The notes: a model not told the origin generated them from the sequence alone. Shown: positions 1 to 9,554, counted from the stretch's first letter. The stretch: 64,000 bases of DNA from Candidatus Multivoradales bacterium (GCA_965248925.1 CBDFLE010000006.1:96001-160000); one strand, 5' to 3'. A program made the numbers and translations.

Positions 1-246
1 CTCCTGCGGCAGATAGCCCAGCACTTTGCGCACTTCCGACTTCTGCTGCAAAATATCGAGATCGCCCAGCCGAGCGGTGCCGGAATCGGGCTCTTGCAGA
101 GTGGCCAAGGTGCGCATCAGGGTCGACTTGCCGGCGCCGTTGGGGCCCAGCAAACCGAACATGCCACGGGGAATGTCGAGGGACACCCCATCGAGGGCGC
201 GGACGCCGTTGGCATAGGTCTTCGACAGATTCTCGATCCTCAGCAT
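1..246 (-). CDS. ABC transporter ATP-binding protein (N-terminal part; runs off the window start)
   Basis: Manual translation from ATG at 246: MLRIENLSKTYANGVRALDGVSLDIPRGMFGLLGPNGAGKSTLMRTLATLQEPDSG...LGYLPQE. Walker A GPNGAGKST; GAGGAG RBS upstream. Confidence 0.92.
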   Translation of the reverse strand, partial: MLRIENLSKTYANGVRALDGVSLDIPRGMFGLLGPNGAGKSTLMRTLATLQEPDSGTARLGDLDILQQKSEVRKVLGYLPQE

Positions 247-367
247 GGTCAGCTCCTCGGCACTCGATCAGGGTTCAGCATCGCTAGAGGCGGCGGGCCG
301 CGCGTTTTCCGGTGACCGGCGACAGCACCAGCGACTCTTTGGGCGGCAATCCTCGACGGTATCAGTA

Positions 368-395
368 GTCACGTTCGGAGCTGTTCAATGTTTCA
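368..395 (-). promoter_or_regulatory. Putative ECF-sigma promoter for the ABC transporter gene
   Basis: Minus strand reads TGAAAC-N16-CGTGAC, the typical ECF AAC(-35)/CGT(-10) layout. Confidence 0.5.
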
Positions 396-2674
396 CCTTC
401 GGAAATCGATAACAACGGTGAGACCAGAACTCCTGACATACCCTTTTTCTCAAATGTCCGGTTGAGCCTCTCCGGAGGTGTTCCGAGGCCCTGGGAAGGC
501 CAGGCTCCGGGGTGGCGCCTTCTTGATCGCGAACCGCATCCGTAGCTCGGTGCCGGGGAAGTGGGTGGCGGTAGCGTTGAGTTCTTCGCAGACGGCGGCG
601 ATCGCCGCCGTCTTGTGGGGAGAGCTGAGCGGGTCGATGGAAAGGAGCAGCACGGTGTCGGTAACCTCCATATCGCCGCCGGCCGCGAAAGCGCTTTGGA
701 TCAGGGTGCGTCCCTCCTGCTCGGTGCGGCGGTAGTGGGGTGATAGGAGCCGGAGAAGATCACCTTCGGCCTGGTAGGCGACCATCTTGAGAATATCGGT
801 GAGGTGCTTGCGCTCGACGGACAGCTTGATGACATCCGCTTCGACGACCTCTTGGACGGGGACGCGGACGGGGAGGGTCGCGCGCTGGTTCTCGAGTTCG
901 GTGATCTGCTCTATCGCTGCCCGGACCCTGGCGGAGATGGCGGCGTTGGCGATCTTGAATCCGCGCATCGTGCGCCGCCGATCCTCGCGGTTTTCAAGAG
1001 CAGCGATCCCGATGTGGGCCCGGAGCTGCTCGAGATGTGCGTGAGCTTTGCGCAGCTCTGCATTGATCTTGCCGCGCTCGGGATTCGGCACATCGCGGGC
1101 GGCGTCCGCTGGCTCGGTGCCATAGTCCACCAGGGCATCGAGTGCGAATTCTTCGCGCAGGTATTTGAAGAAGTTCTCTTGCCTCCAACGATCGAACATG
1201 CGGTAGGCGACCTCGAGTGTGGAGAGGTCGCGGCGGGAGGTGATGATGGACGTCTGGTGGCCGTTGTCGCAGAGGCGGGTGACCTGGCGCAGGTACAGCC
1301 GCTTGCGCTTCTTCCTCGGGCCATACTCGAGGTAGATACGCTGATCGGCGAGGAGGTACTCGAGCTTCCGCCCGTGGATCGTGTCCTTGATCTGCCCGAA
1401 CTTGCTCAACGGCACCGGACGAAAGGGGGCCTTTCGGTATGTGAGGATGTCGAACTTCTTGGCGATGAGCTTCGCAAACAGCTTCGGGCTCCAACCCCCA
1501 CGGTCGAAGACGACGGTGACTCGCCGGTCTCCGAGTAGCTTTCGTACCTCTTCGAGAATGAGGGGAAGCATCGTCGCAAGCCCCTTGTTGGCCTCGGTGG
1601 GGACCACGAAGAGAGGCTCGCTCTCAGCATCGTTGACCCAGTAGTCGGTGGTGGCCGGCATCGCGATCCGCATCCGCGCTACGTGTGTCTTGGGAATCTC
1701 TCGGCCACCGTGGTAGGCGCGCACATGCCCGTCCACGTAGAGGAAGCCCATGGCATGGCCCCTGGTGGCGACCCGGCGCTGAGCGAGGGCGCGACCGAGA
1801 TCCGCGGCCAGGCCATGCGCGGCCAGCCGAGCGAGCTTGTTGCGCAAGGTTTTCACTTCCGGCGCTCGGTCGAGCCCGAGAAGCTGACCCAAATGCCGGG
1901 GTGAGCGCTCCTTGAGCCCTTCGGGTCGCTTGACCCGCAACAGTGCCATCAGCAGCAGGGTTACCAGAGTGGTGCGCAGCCCATAGAAGGCCGGCCCGAT
2001 GCTGCCGTACAGCTCCTGCGCGATGGAGAGCACGCCGCTGTCCACCAGGGCGGGAATCGCCAGCAGAGCACCGGCGCCCGGTAGCTGGGTCGCCGCTCCG
2101 AAGATCGGCGCCGCATCATCGAGGAATCCCAGCCTCGCCAGCAGCCGATCGCTGGCGCGATCCGCTGGATCGAGGTCCAGCGAGAGGGGAACCTGATCTT
2201 GCTCGGACGCAGAAGCGGACAGTTTTGGGTCCGCAGCCGCTGGGTCACCGCCACCCTCAGCGTCGAGCGCAAGATCCGCAGTTTTCAGGGGGCCGTCGAC
2301 CTGCTGCTCATCAGAGCCGGACAGTTTTGGGTCCGCACTCTCGAAGGGCATCGTCATCTGCACTACCGACCGCTCTTTCCAGCCCAGGCGCTTGGCGAGC
2401 TTGCGAACGGCCTTCTCATCGATGCCCAGCCGCCGGCCAATCTCGCGATTCGACACACCCTCGGCCTTCCAGCCGTTGACCGCGTCCAGGCGGCCCTGCG
2501 CTACCCGAGACTGACCCCGGGGAAAACCGCGCGGCCGGCCCAGAGCAGCCAGCCCACCTTCTTCGAAGCGGCGCTGATTCCGGCGCACAGTCCGCACATC
2601 ACAAGCGAACGCAAGGGCCACCTCGCGTTGCTGTGCCCAGCCCAATTCAACGAGACTCACCATCGCGTGGGCCT

Positions 2675-2812
2675 TGCCTGCACCGACGGAAACCGACCAC
2701 CGATTCCGATTGAAAGTGACCAGTGATTCCAACGGAATCTGACCATCGATTCCGATCGAAAGTGACCACTTTTCCGGGTCGATCGGAATGGGTGGTCAGA
2801 TTGGATCGGAAT
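2675..2812. repeat. IS21 left-end multiple transposase-binding repeats
   Basis: Four tandem ~23-bp units like GATTCCGATCGAAAGTGACCA plus inverted copies. Two related units sit at the right end (5529-5576). Confidence 0.85.
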
Positions 2813-2888
2813 CCTGGCCACGGCGGAGTTCGACGGTAGCGCGCTCCTCACAATTGGGGTATTCCAGCCTCCTTGAAAGGAGAATTGG

Positions 2889-4463
2889 ATGCCGAGAGTG
2901 AGGACATCGATGCGCAAGATACGCGAGGTACTGAGACTGAAATGGCAGCATGGCCTGTCGCACCGCCAGATCGGACGGTCGGTTCGGCTGGGCCACGGGA
3001 CGGTGTGCAACTACCTGCTGCGAGCCAAGGTTGAAGGCCTGAGCTGGGAGCAAGTAGCAGCTTTGAGCGACGCTGAGCTGGAGCAACGCCTGTACCCTCG
3101 GCCGCAGCCGCTTCGGAGGGGTGGTCAGCGAGCCTTGCCCGACTGGACCAAGGTGCATGGCGAGCTGAAGAAGAAGTGCGTAACCCTGTCGCTGCTGTGG
3201 CAGGAGTACCGGGAGGACCATCCTGACGGCTACGGTCTCAGCCGCTTCTGTCAGCTGTACCGGATCTGGGAAGGGCGCCTGGATGTGTGCCTGCGCCAAG
3301 CCTACCGGGCGGGCGAGAAGCTGTTCGTCGACTATGCCGGACAGACCGTGAGGGTGATCGACCCGGCGACTGGCAAAGCGCGCGAAGCGCAGATCTTCGT
3401 GGCGGTGCTGGGGGCGAGCAACTACACCTATGCCGAATCAACGTGGAGCCAGGGCCTGGAGGACTGGATCGGCTCTCATGTGCGGACCTTCGCGGCTCTG
3501 GGCGGGGTGAGCGAGCTGGTGGTGCCGGACAATCTGAAGAGCGGCGTGACCAGCCCGTGCCGCTACGAGCCGGAGATCAATCGCACCTACGCGGAGTTGG
3601 CCGAGCACTACGGCGTGGCGGTGGTGCCGGCGCGGGTGAGGAAGCCCCAAGACAAGGCGAAGGTCGAAAACGGTGTATTGCAAGTGGAGCGCTGGATTCT
3701 GGCCCGGCTGCGTAACCAGCAGTTCTTCAGCCTGCGAGAGCTCAACGAGAGCATCGCGAAGCTTCTGGTCGAGCTTAACGACCGTCCGCTGAAGGTGTTG
3801 GGCGTCTCGCGCCGAGCGCTGTTCGAGCAGGTCGATCGTCCTGCTCTGGGTGCTTTGCCGCTCCAGCCCTACGAGCTTGCCGAATGGAAGAAGGTACGCG
3901 TTGCCCCGGACTACCACGTCGAGTTCGAGGGCCACTATTACAGTGTGCCGTACCAGCTGATCAAGAAGCAGCTCGATCTGCGGGCGACGGCGCAACTGGT
4001 GGAGGTGCTCGATCGCGGCAAGCGTGTGGCTGCTCATCGTCGCAATCGGTGTCGGGGTCGGCACACGACCCAGAGCGAGCACATGCCCAAAGCGCACCAG
4101 GCGTACCTGGAGTGGACACCGACACGGCTGATCAGCTGGGCGGCGAAAACAGGCCAGGCGACGGCCGAACTGGTGGAGACCATCATGCTTAACCGCTCCC
4201 ATCCTCAGCACGGCTTTCGCTCGTGTCTGGGGCTGATGCGCCTGGGCAAGACCTATGGTGCCAATCGTTTGGAGGCTGCGTGCCGCCGCGCGCTCGCCAT
4301 TCACGGCCTGTCCTACAAGAGCGTGAAGTCGATCCTGAAGAGCGGCCTGGACCAGCAAGCAGCGCCCGAGCCCACCGAAGTGACGGCGCCGATCGAGCAC
4401 CGCAACGTCCGCGGCGCCAGCTACTACAGTGCCGCGCGCCGCGAGGAGACGCCGCCATGCTGA
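2889..4463 (+). CDS. istA: IS21-family transposase IstA
   Basis: N-terminal HTH (MRKIREVLRL...SHRQIGRS); DDE core FVDYAG, VPDNLKSGV, KAKVENGV. Confidence 0.96.
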   Translation: MPRVRTSMRKIREVLRLKWQHGLSHRQIGRSVRLGHGTVCNYLLRAKVEGLSWEQVAALSDAELEQRLYPRPQPLRRGGQRALPDWTKVHGELKKKCVTLSLLWQEYREDHPDGYGLSRFCQLYRIWEGRLDVCLRQAYRAGEKLFVDYAGQTVRVIDPATGKAREAQIFVAVLGASNYTYAESTWSQGLEDWIGSHVRTFAALGGVSELVVPDNLKSGVTSPCRYEPEINRTYAELAEHYGVAVVPARVRKPQDKAKVENGVLQVERWILARLRNQQFFSLRELNESIAKLLVELNDRPLKVLGVSRRALFEQVDRPALGALPLQPYELAEWKKVRVAPDYHVEFEGHYYSVPYQLIKKQLDLRATAQLVEVLDRGKRVAAHRRNRCRGRHTTQSEHMPKAHQAYLEWTPTRLISWAAKTGQATAELVETIMLNRSHPQHGFRSCLGLMRLGKTYGANRLEAACRRALAIHGLSYKSVKSILKSGLDQQAAPEPTEVTAPIEHRNVRGASYYSAARREETPPC

Positions 4464-5221
4464 GGCACGCGACGCTCGATCAACTCGCCGCGCTCAAGCT
4501 CCACGGTATGGCCAAAGCCTTTGAGGAGCAGCTGTCGATGGTCGATGTCTCAGAGCTCTCCTTCGAAGAGCGCCTCGGGCTGCTGGTCGAGCGCGAAGCG
4601 ACCGAGCGATCCAGCCGCCGCTTGATAGCGCGGTTGCGAAAAGCCAAGCTGCGCGAGCAGGCGGCCATCGAAGACATCGACTGGCGAGCCAAGAGGGGCC
4701 TGGACAAAGGCCAGATCCTGCGCCTGGCCTCGTGCCAGTGGATCGCCGAGCATCTCAACGTGCTGATCACCGGCAAGGCCGGGGTGGGCAAGACCTTTCT
4801 CGCCTGCGCCTTCGCGCACAAGGCATGTCGGGAGGGTTACACCGCTTTGTACCTGCGGGTGCCGAGGCTGTTTCGCCAGCTCGCCATCGCGCGGGGTGAT
4901 GGTAGCTACGAGAAGCTGCTCAAGAGCTATGCTCGCACAGACCTGCTCATCCTCGACGACTGGGGGCTGGCGCCGATCGGGGCCAGCGAGCGGCGCGACC
5001 TGCTCGAGATTCTTGAGGACCGCTACGGCAACCGCTCCACGCTGGTGACCTCCCAGCTACCGGTTGAGAGCTGGTACGAGGTCATCGGCGATCCGACCTT
5101 GGCCGACGCCATCCTCGATCGCACTGTCCACGGCGCCTACAAGCTCGCGGTGGACGGTGACTCCATGCGGGCGAAGAGAGCCGGCGGTATTCGCAAGGCC
5201 GCCCAGCGAGAGGCAAGGTGA
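4457..5221 (+). CDS. istB: IS21-family helper ATPase IstB
   Basis: ATG at 4457 overlaps the istA stop. Walker A GKAGVGKT, Walker B LLILDDWG, ADAILDR motif. Confidence 0.96.
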   Translation: MLRHATLDQLAALKLHGMAKAFEEQLSMVDVSELSFEERLGLLVEREATERSSRRLIARLRKAKLREQAAIEDIDWRAKRGLDKGQILRLASCQWIAEHLNVLITGKAGVGKTFLACAFAHKACREGYTALYLRVPRLFRQLAIARGDGSYEKLLKSYARTDLLILDDWGLAPIGASERRDLLEILEDRYGNRSTLVTSQLPVESWYEVIGDPTLADAILDRTVHGAYKLAVDGDSMRAKRAGGIRKAAQREAR

Positions 5222-5300
5222 GATCCAAGAGCATGCTGAAGCGATCGCCGATCCGGACCCATCAGCGGGCCTGCGGCCCGATCCGGACCCGACCCAAGAT

Positions 5301-5410
5301 GGACTGTGGAAGCTGCCGCGGTTGTGGAAATCGCTCTGCGATTCCCACAACCGCTTGGAAAACGCCCCCCTGCCCCCCAACCTGCGTTTCCCACAGCTAC
5401 GCACAGCCCC
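5301..5410. other. Multi-stem structured element in the IS21 3' region
   Basis: Hairpin GCGGTTGTGGAAATCGC-TCT-GCGATTCCCACAACCGC, second stem TGGAAAACGC/GCGTTTCCCA, closing stem CTGTGGAAGCTG/CAGCTACGCACAG. Confidence 0.65.
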
Positions 5411-5909
5411 GACGACGGGTTATTTGAATACAATCAATCAAGAAGAAGAGCCGGAAGGAGGGCTCCAGCTACAGCGAAAGTGGACACTTACAACTGAGGA
5501 GAGCGCCAGCGTCGCTTCGCTCCGACAAGTGGTCGGTTTCGATCGGAATGGCTGGTCAGTTTCGTCGGAATAGGCAGGCCTCGCCTGTCCTGTCGCCGGC
5601 AGCGAAGTGAGCGAGCGGCATGCCGCTGACCACCACCACCCGATAGCCGCCCCTCTGCTGGAGGCGGCAGCGGTCGTTGATCACCACAACCCCATCGGGG
5701 ACCCCGGCGTGGTCTGGGAACAGGACGGTGTGCTCGCTCGTCAGTGCCATGCTCGATCATGCCTCGGCACCGAAAAAAGCGGACAGTTTTGGGTCCGCAC
5801 CACCTCTGAGGGGCGGTCCTGTGTTTTCAGAGGGTTAGGAGGGGTAGGTCAGGAGGTCTGGAGACCCACGGCCAGTTAGCTGCCTTATTCGCCAAGAACG
5901 GCAACAAAA

Positions 5910-5945
5910 TGCGAAAAGGGCGCCTCACGAGGCGCCCTTTTCGCA
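5910..5945. terminator. Intrinsic terminator, likely bidirectional
   Basis: Perfect inverted repeat TGCGAAAAGGGCGCCTC-AC-GAGGCGCCCTTTTCGCA just downstream of the 5967-7202 gene. Confidence 0.85.
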
Positions 5946-5966
5946 ACCAAACCACTCGTCCGGAAC

Positions 5967-7202
5967 CTAATGCAGCTCGACCTTCTCGACCTCATCCCAG
6001 GCGATGTAGACCTGGTCGTCGCCGCTGATGACCAACACGCCGGCATTGCCCGAGCCGACGTCGGCACTGTCTTCGAGTTCCAGCCGCTCGCCGTTCTTGA
6101 GCACCACTTCGCTGGAGTCGCGGCCAGCCGGCATGATCGAAGTAATGTCGGCAAAGCGGATATGGTATTCGATATCGTCAGTGTCGCCGTGCAGGATCTC
6201 CCAAGTCTCACTTTCGTCGAGATCGAAGACGATCCGACCGCGATGAACCTTGCCGCCACTGGCTGTGACCTGCCCTCGCAGCTGACGGCTAGGCGTGAAA
6301 TCCGAGTATGACGGGCCGCTGTTCGGCGGCTCCCTCAGGTCGAAGCGCTCGAAGGCGTCCCAACTCACCAGCACGCGGCCAAAGCGCGGGTCGTCGACGA
6401 AAATGCCACGGTTGCCGGAGTCGACATCGTTGGAGTCGTCGAGCACCAGCTCACGCCCGTCCTTGAGCGTCACCTGCGAGCTACCGCGAGTGCGGCGCTC
6501 GATCGACTTGAGCCGGCCAAACTCGATCGACACATCACCATCGCGAGTCTCGCCATCAAGCTTGTCGGTCCACAAGGTCTCGTCCTGGTCCCACTGCACG
6601 AAGCCGGTAAAGTCGCCGCTTTCGGTGATCACCGTACCGTAGATCCGCTTCGGGGCCTCCGCATAGGTCGCAGGACCCGCGGCAAACTCGATGAACTCGA
6701 TGTTCCTCCACTTAATGTCGATCTCACCGAGACTCGGGTCAAAGACCTCGATGTCGGCACCAATATCGTTGGAGCCGCCACTGAGTTCGTAGATCGTGCC
6801 GCTATTCATGGTCAGCCGCGTATACCGGCCGGGCTCGATGCGCCGGATATCGCCAAAGCGGGTCACGAACTGGCGCCCCCCCGCGTGGTGATCCTCCCAG
6901 GTTACGGCCAACGTGTAACCGAAGATCTTGATCGGCTTGCGGGTCCGACGCTTGGCGTCGGGTATCTCTTCCATGTACTTCAAATCGTGTTTGCTACCGT
7001 TGAAGTGGTCACCCCAAGAACTCTCCTCTCCATCCCAGCGCAGGCGCCCTTCGTAGGTTTGGCCACTCTTAGTCTCCACCTTGCCGTAGATAAAGCCCTC
7101 GCTAGCGGCCAGAGGCAAGGTTGCGCAGAGCGCGATGGCCGGTACTAGACAGAGTGCCAGAACGTGGTTAACCACAGTCTCGGTCGATCGTAGGGTTTGC
7201 AT
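5967..7202 (-). CDS. Secreted hypothetical protein with three internal repeat domains
   Basis: Signal-peptide-like N-terminus. Three related modules beginning FIYGKVETKSG, RIYGTVITESG and LRGQVTASGG. Confidence 0.8.
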   Translation of the reverse strand: MQTLRSTETVVNHVLALCLVPAIALCATLPLAASEGFIYGKVETKSGQTYEGRLRWDGEESSWGDHFNGSKHDLKYMEEIPDAKRRTRKPIKIFGYTLAVTWEDHHAGGRQFVTRFGDIRRIEPGRYTRLTMNSGTIYELSGGSNDIGADIEVFDPSLGEIDIKWRNIEFIEFAAGPATYAEAPKRIYGTVITESGDFTGFVQWDQDETLWTDKLDGETRDGDVSIEFGRLKSIERRTRGSSQVTLKDGRELVLDDSNDVDSGNRGIFVDDPRFGRVLVSWDAFERFDLREPPNSGPSYSDFTPSRQLRGQVTASGGKVHRGRIVFDLDESETWEILHGDTDDIEYHIRFADITSIMPAGRDSSEVVLKNGERLELEDSADVGSGNAGVLVISGDDQVYIAWDEVEKVELH

Positions 7203-7255
7203 GTTCAACTCCTTATCTCGACGCGGCAGCCAAGCGGCTCCCGCGTGGTTTTCAA

Positions 7256-7900
7256 TCAGAGGCTCCAGCCATCGAGGCGGAAGCTCTCTCCACCCTCGTC
7301 TTCGCCCAGAGAGACTCGCCGCCGCTCGCGGCTCCCCGCGGGTTCCCCCACGGTGTCCGAGTCCCTGCCCGCGGCCGAGTCTTCAGCGACCGCTTGCATT
7401 ACCGACAACATCTCGCGGTGGTAGCGATGATCCGCTTTGAGCAGCTCGGTGGCAATTTCCACGAACCGCGATTCCGTCATCTGCCCTCGATCCTCGCCCA
7501 GCACCAACTCGAGAGCACCTGAGTGATCGAGCAAGGGCCGCGACAGCTGACTAGTGCCCACCACCGCCCACAGCCCAAAGACCAGCAAGAACGCTGCCGC
7601 CAAGCGCGGCAACCACTCACTTGCAGACCAGCGGCGACGGCCGAACTGGCCCTTGCTAGCCGCAGAAATTCGCCGCCAGAGGTCTTTTGGTGGCTCGTCT
7701 GGCGGCTCGGCCTGGTCGCGCAAGCTGCCCAGCGCATGGCCCAAGCGGCGATTGCGCCGGTAGAACTCCTGGCCAGCTGGCGAGTCCAGCAAGCGGTCGA
7801 TGCTGTTGAGTAGCTCGCTCGACGCCAACTCACCATCGAGCAGGGTCGACAGCTTCAGCTCCAACTGCTGGGCGTCGTCGAGTTTCGAGGTTTCACTCAT
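7256..7900 (-). CDS. Putative membrane anti-sigma factor
   Basis: ATG at 7900 overlaps the sigma TGA (ATGA). LSTLLDGEL anti-sigma N-terminal motif and a single TM helix. Confidence 0.75.
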   Translation of the reverse strand: MSETSKLDDAQQLELKLSTLLDGELASSELLNSIDRLLDSPAGQEFYRRNRRLGHALGSLRDQAEPPDEPPKDLWRRISAASKGQFGRRRWSASEWLPRLAAAFLLVFGLWAVVGTSQLSRPLLDHSGALELVLGEDRGQMTESRFVEIATELLKADHRYHREMLSVMQAVAEDSAAGRDSDTVGEPAGSRERRRVSLGEDEGGESFRLDGWSL

Positions 7901-8451
7901 GACAGGCTCCAACCGGCTTCCGGCAGGCATTCGCCGAGTTGGGCGACTATCTGCTTGCGAGCGCGGTAGATGTTGATCTTGACCAAAGAAGGGCTCCAAC
8001 CGGTTAACTGGCCGATTTCCTCATAACTACGCTGCTCCACCAGCGCCAGATCGAAGGCACGCCGGTGCGAATCGCTGAGTGATTCAAGAGCCTCGTCGAG
8101 ACGGCGGGTGAAGGCCCGCCAGGACGCTCGGCGCTCGGGAGAGACAGCGTCGGGATCCAGCCCATCCAGCGGATCCGCCCCGCTCTCGGGGGTCTCCGCC
8201 GCCACCACCAAACGAGGCCGGCGGAGCCGGTTGATCATCAGATTGCGAGCAGTGCTCAGCAGATAGCCGCGAAGATTGCCGCCGTCGCGAAACGAGCCGG
8301 CGCGGATCGAGCGCACAAAAGTCTCTTGCAGCAGATCCTCAGCCGCGGCGTAGTCCCCCAGCCGGCTACGCAGGAATGCCAGAACAGCCGGCCCATGCGT
8401 TTCAAATGCGGTGCGCCAGAAGATCTCGTCTTGTTTCACAGCTTGGCCCAA
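7897..8451 (-). CDS. ECF RNA polymerase sigma factor
   Basis: Region 2 AEDLLQETF...YLLSTARNL; region 4 SYEEIGQLTGWSPSLVKINIYRAR. Confidence 0.92.
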   Translation of the reverse strand: MGQAVKQDEIFWRTAFETHGPAVLAFLRSRLGDYAAAEDLLQETFVRSIRAGSFRDGGNLRGYLLSTARNLMINRLRRPRLVVAAETPESGADPLDGLDPDAVSPERRASWRAFTRRLDEALESLSDSHRRAFDLALVEQRSYEEIGQLTGWSPSLVKINIYRARKQIVAQLGECLPEAGWSLS

Positions 8452-8507
8452 ATTCCTATCTCCACTCGCAGATTCGGGGTCGCGGCTCTCTGGCCACCTG
8501 CCCTAGA

Positions 8508-8534
8508 AGACACCCTAGACCCTGCAAAGTTACA
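8508..8534 (-). promoter_or_regulatory. Putative autoregulatory ECF promoter
   Basis: Minus strand TGTAAC-N16-TGTCT upstream of the ECF gene; same geometry as 368-395. Confidence 0.5.
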
Positions 8535-8542
8535 ACTCGTGC

Positions 8543-8593
8543 TTGACAGGGCAAAAGTCATCAGTTACAGTTTGTAACGTTACATATTGTGAC
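8543..8593 (+). promoter_or_regulatory. Sigma70 promoter overlapped by tandem BlaI-type operators
   Basis: TTGACA (8543-8548), 17 nt, TACAGT (8566-8571). Palindromes GTTACAGTTTGTAAC (8564-8578) and GTTACATATTGTGAC (8579-8593) have TACA/TGTA-type half-sites characteristic of BlaI/MecI/CopY operators. Confidence 0.75.
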
Positions 8594-8626
8594 ACAACCG
8601 GTCCATGGCTCAACAAAGCCAAGAAC

Positions 8627-9067
8627 ATGCCACGAAGAACAACCCCAGCAGCCGCTACCCGCCAGACTACCGAGCGCCAACTGAGCGACCTTGAGCGCCA
8701 GGTGATGCAGACCATCTGGGATCAGGGCACAGCCACCGCCGACCAAGTCCGCCGCCACCTCGAGGCGCGGCGCGAGCTCAAGGATTCTACCATCCGCACC
8801 ATCTTGCGGCGCCTTGAGGACAAGGGCTTCGTCGACCACGCGGTCGAGGGCAGAACCTACCTCTACCGCGCTCTGATTCGCCCCCGCCGAGCGGCAGCCG
8901 AGGCCGTGCGCCAGGTGGTTGACCGACTCTGTGGCGGTTCGGTCGAAGAACTGCTGCTGGGTCTGGTGGACAATCAGCTGCTCAGCGCTGAGCAGCTTGA
9001 GCGACTCTCGAAACAGCAGAATAGTGCTTCGACCGAGTTCACCCCGGGCCAAGATCCCAGGGAGTAG
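8627..9067 (+). CDS. BlaI/MecI/CopY family transcriptional repressor
   Basis: LSDLERQVMQTIW...STIRTILRRLEDKGFV...GRTYLY...GGSVEELLLGLV. Likely start is ATG 8627. Confidence 0.9.
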   Translation: MPRRTTPAAATRQTTERQLSDLERQVMQTIWDQGTATADQVRRHLEARRELKDSTIRTILRRLEDKGFVDHAVEGRTYLYRALIRPRRAAAEAVRQVVDRLCGGSVEELLLGLVDNQLLSAEQLERLSKQQNSASTEFTPGQDPRE

Positions 9068-9468
9068 ACAACTCCCTCTTTGGCACCATGACTTATCAAG
9101 TAGCGGAGGCGTGCGACCTGAACCACGGCCTCGTCGGCGACTGGGATGCCACGATAGCGGCAGTTGAAAACCGTCCCCGACCAGTCGTGAATCCTGCCGA
9201 TCTCTTTCGATAGATTGGTGTTGAGATGCCTCATGAAGTTCGCTAACTGCTCACTATCCGCTGGCGAGGCCAGAAGATGATAGTGATTGGAGGCCACCAC
9301 AACAGCATGAATATCGACTGCGGACAGACTCCGAGCCTTGGCCAAGCAACCGATAAAAATCTCGTTGAACCGCTTCCCTGGTCGCAGCAAATAGCGACTC
9401 TGTAGGGTTCGGCAGGTGACCTCGACAAGCATTCGGGAACGGGGTAAGTAGCGAAGATTTCTGCCCAA
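9015..9468 (-). pseudogene. HUH (Y1) tyrosine transposase, RAYT-like, probably C-terminally truncated
   Basis: EVTCRT, HUH motif SNHYHLL, FMRHLN, WSGTVF, candidate catalytic Y in RYLISHGAKEG, then WPG. Runs into the blaI 3' end. Confidence 0.72.
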
Positions 9469-9554
9469 TACCCTACACAGACGCAAACGGGCTTCCTCTT
9501 CTTACTGCCAGTCAGACAATGCCGATTTTGCTGCCCAGGCTGATCTCCCCATAC

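Larger units (their letters stand above)
2675..5576 (+). mobile_element. IS21-family insertion sequence (2902 bp)
   Basis: Ends TGCCTGCACCGACGGAAACCGACCAC... and ...TTTCGTCGGAATAGGCA (TG...CA). Multiple ~23-bp subterminal repeats. 5-bp TSD GGCCT (2670-2674, 5577-5581), confirmed against the uninterrupted copy of the host IS. Carries an istA/istB pair. Confidence 0.96.
450..5750 (-). pseudogene. DDE transposase of IS copy 1, split by IS21 (5' part 5577-5750, 3' part 450-2674)
   Basis: The two parts join to give the 797-aa protein of 56625-59018. Motifs YVDGH, VFDRGG, RWRQENFFK. Confidence 0.88.
424..5861 (-). mobile_element. Unclassified IS, copy 1 (2531-bp element interrupted by a nested IS21)
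   Basis: Terminal IRs CCAGAACTCCTGACATACCC (424-443) and GGGTAGGTCAGGAGGTCTGG (5842-5861), 18/20 match. 3-bp TSD AGA at 421-423 and 5862-5864. Near-identical to 56599-59129. Confidence 0.93.

Noticed and set aside
2675-2812. CRISPR-like short repeat array
   Set aside because: Repeats are contiguous without unique spacers, mirror the right end of the element and are standard IS21 terminal repeats; no cas genes.
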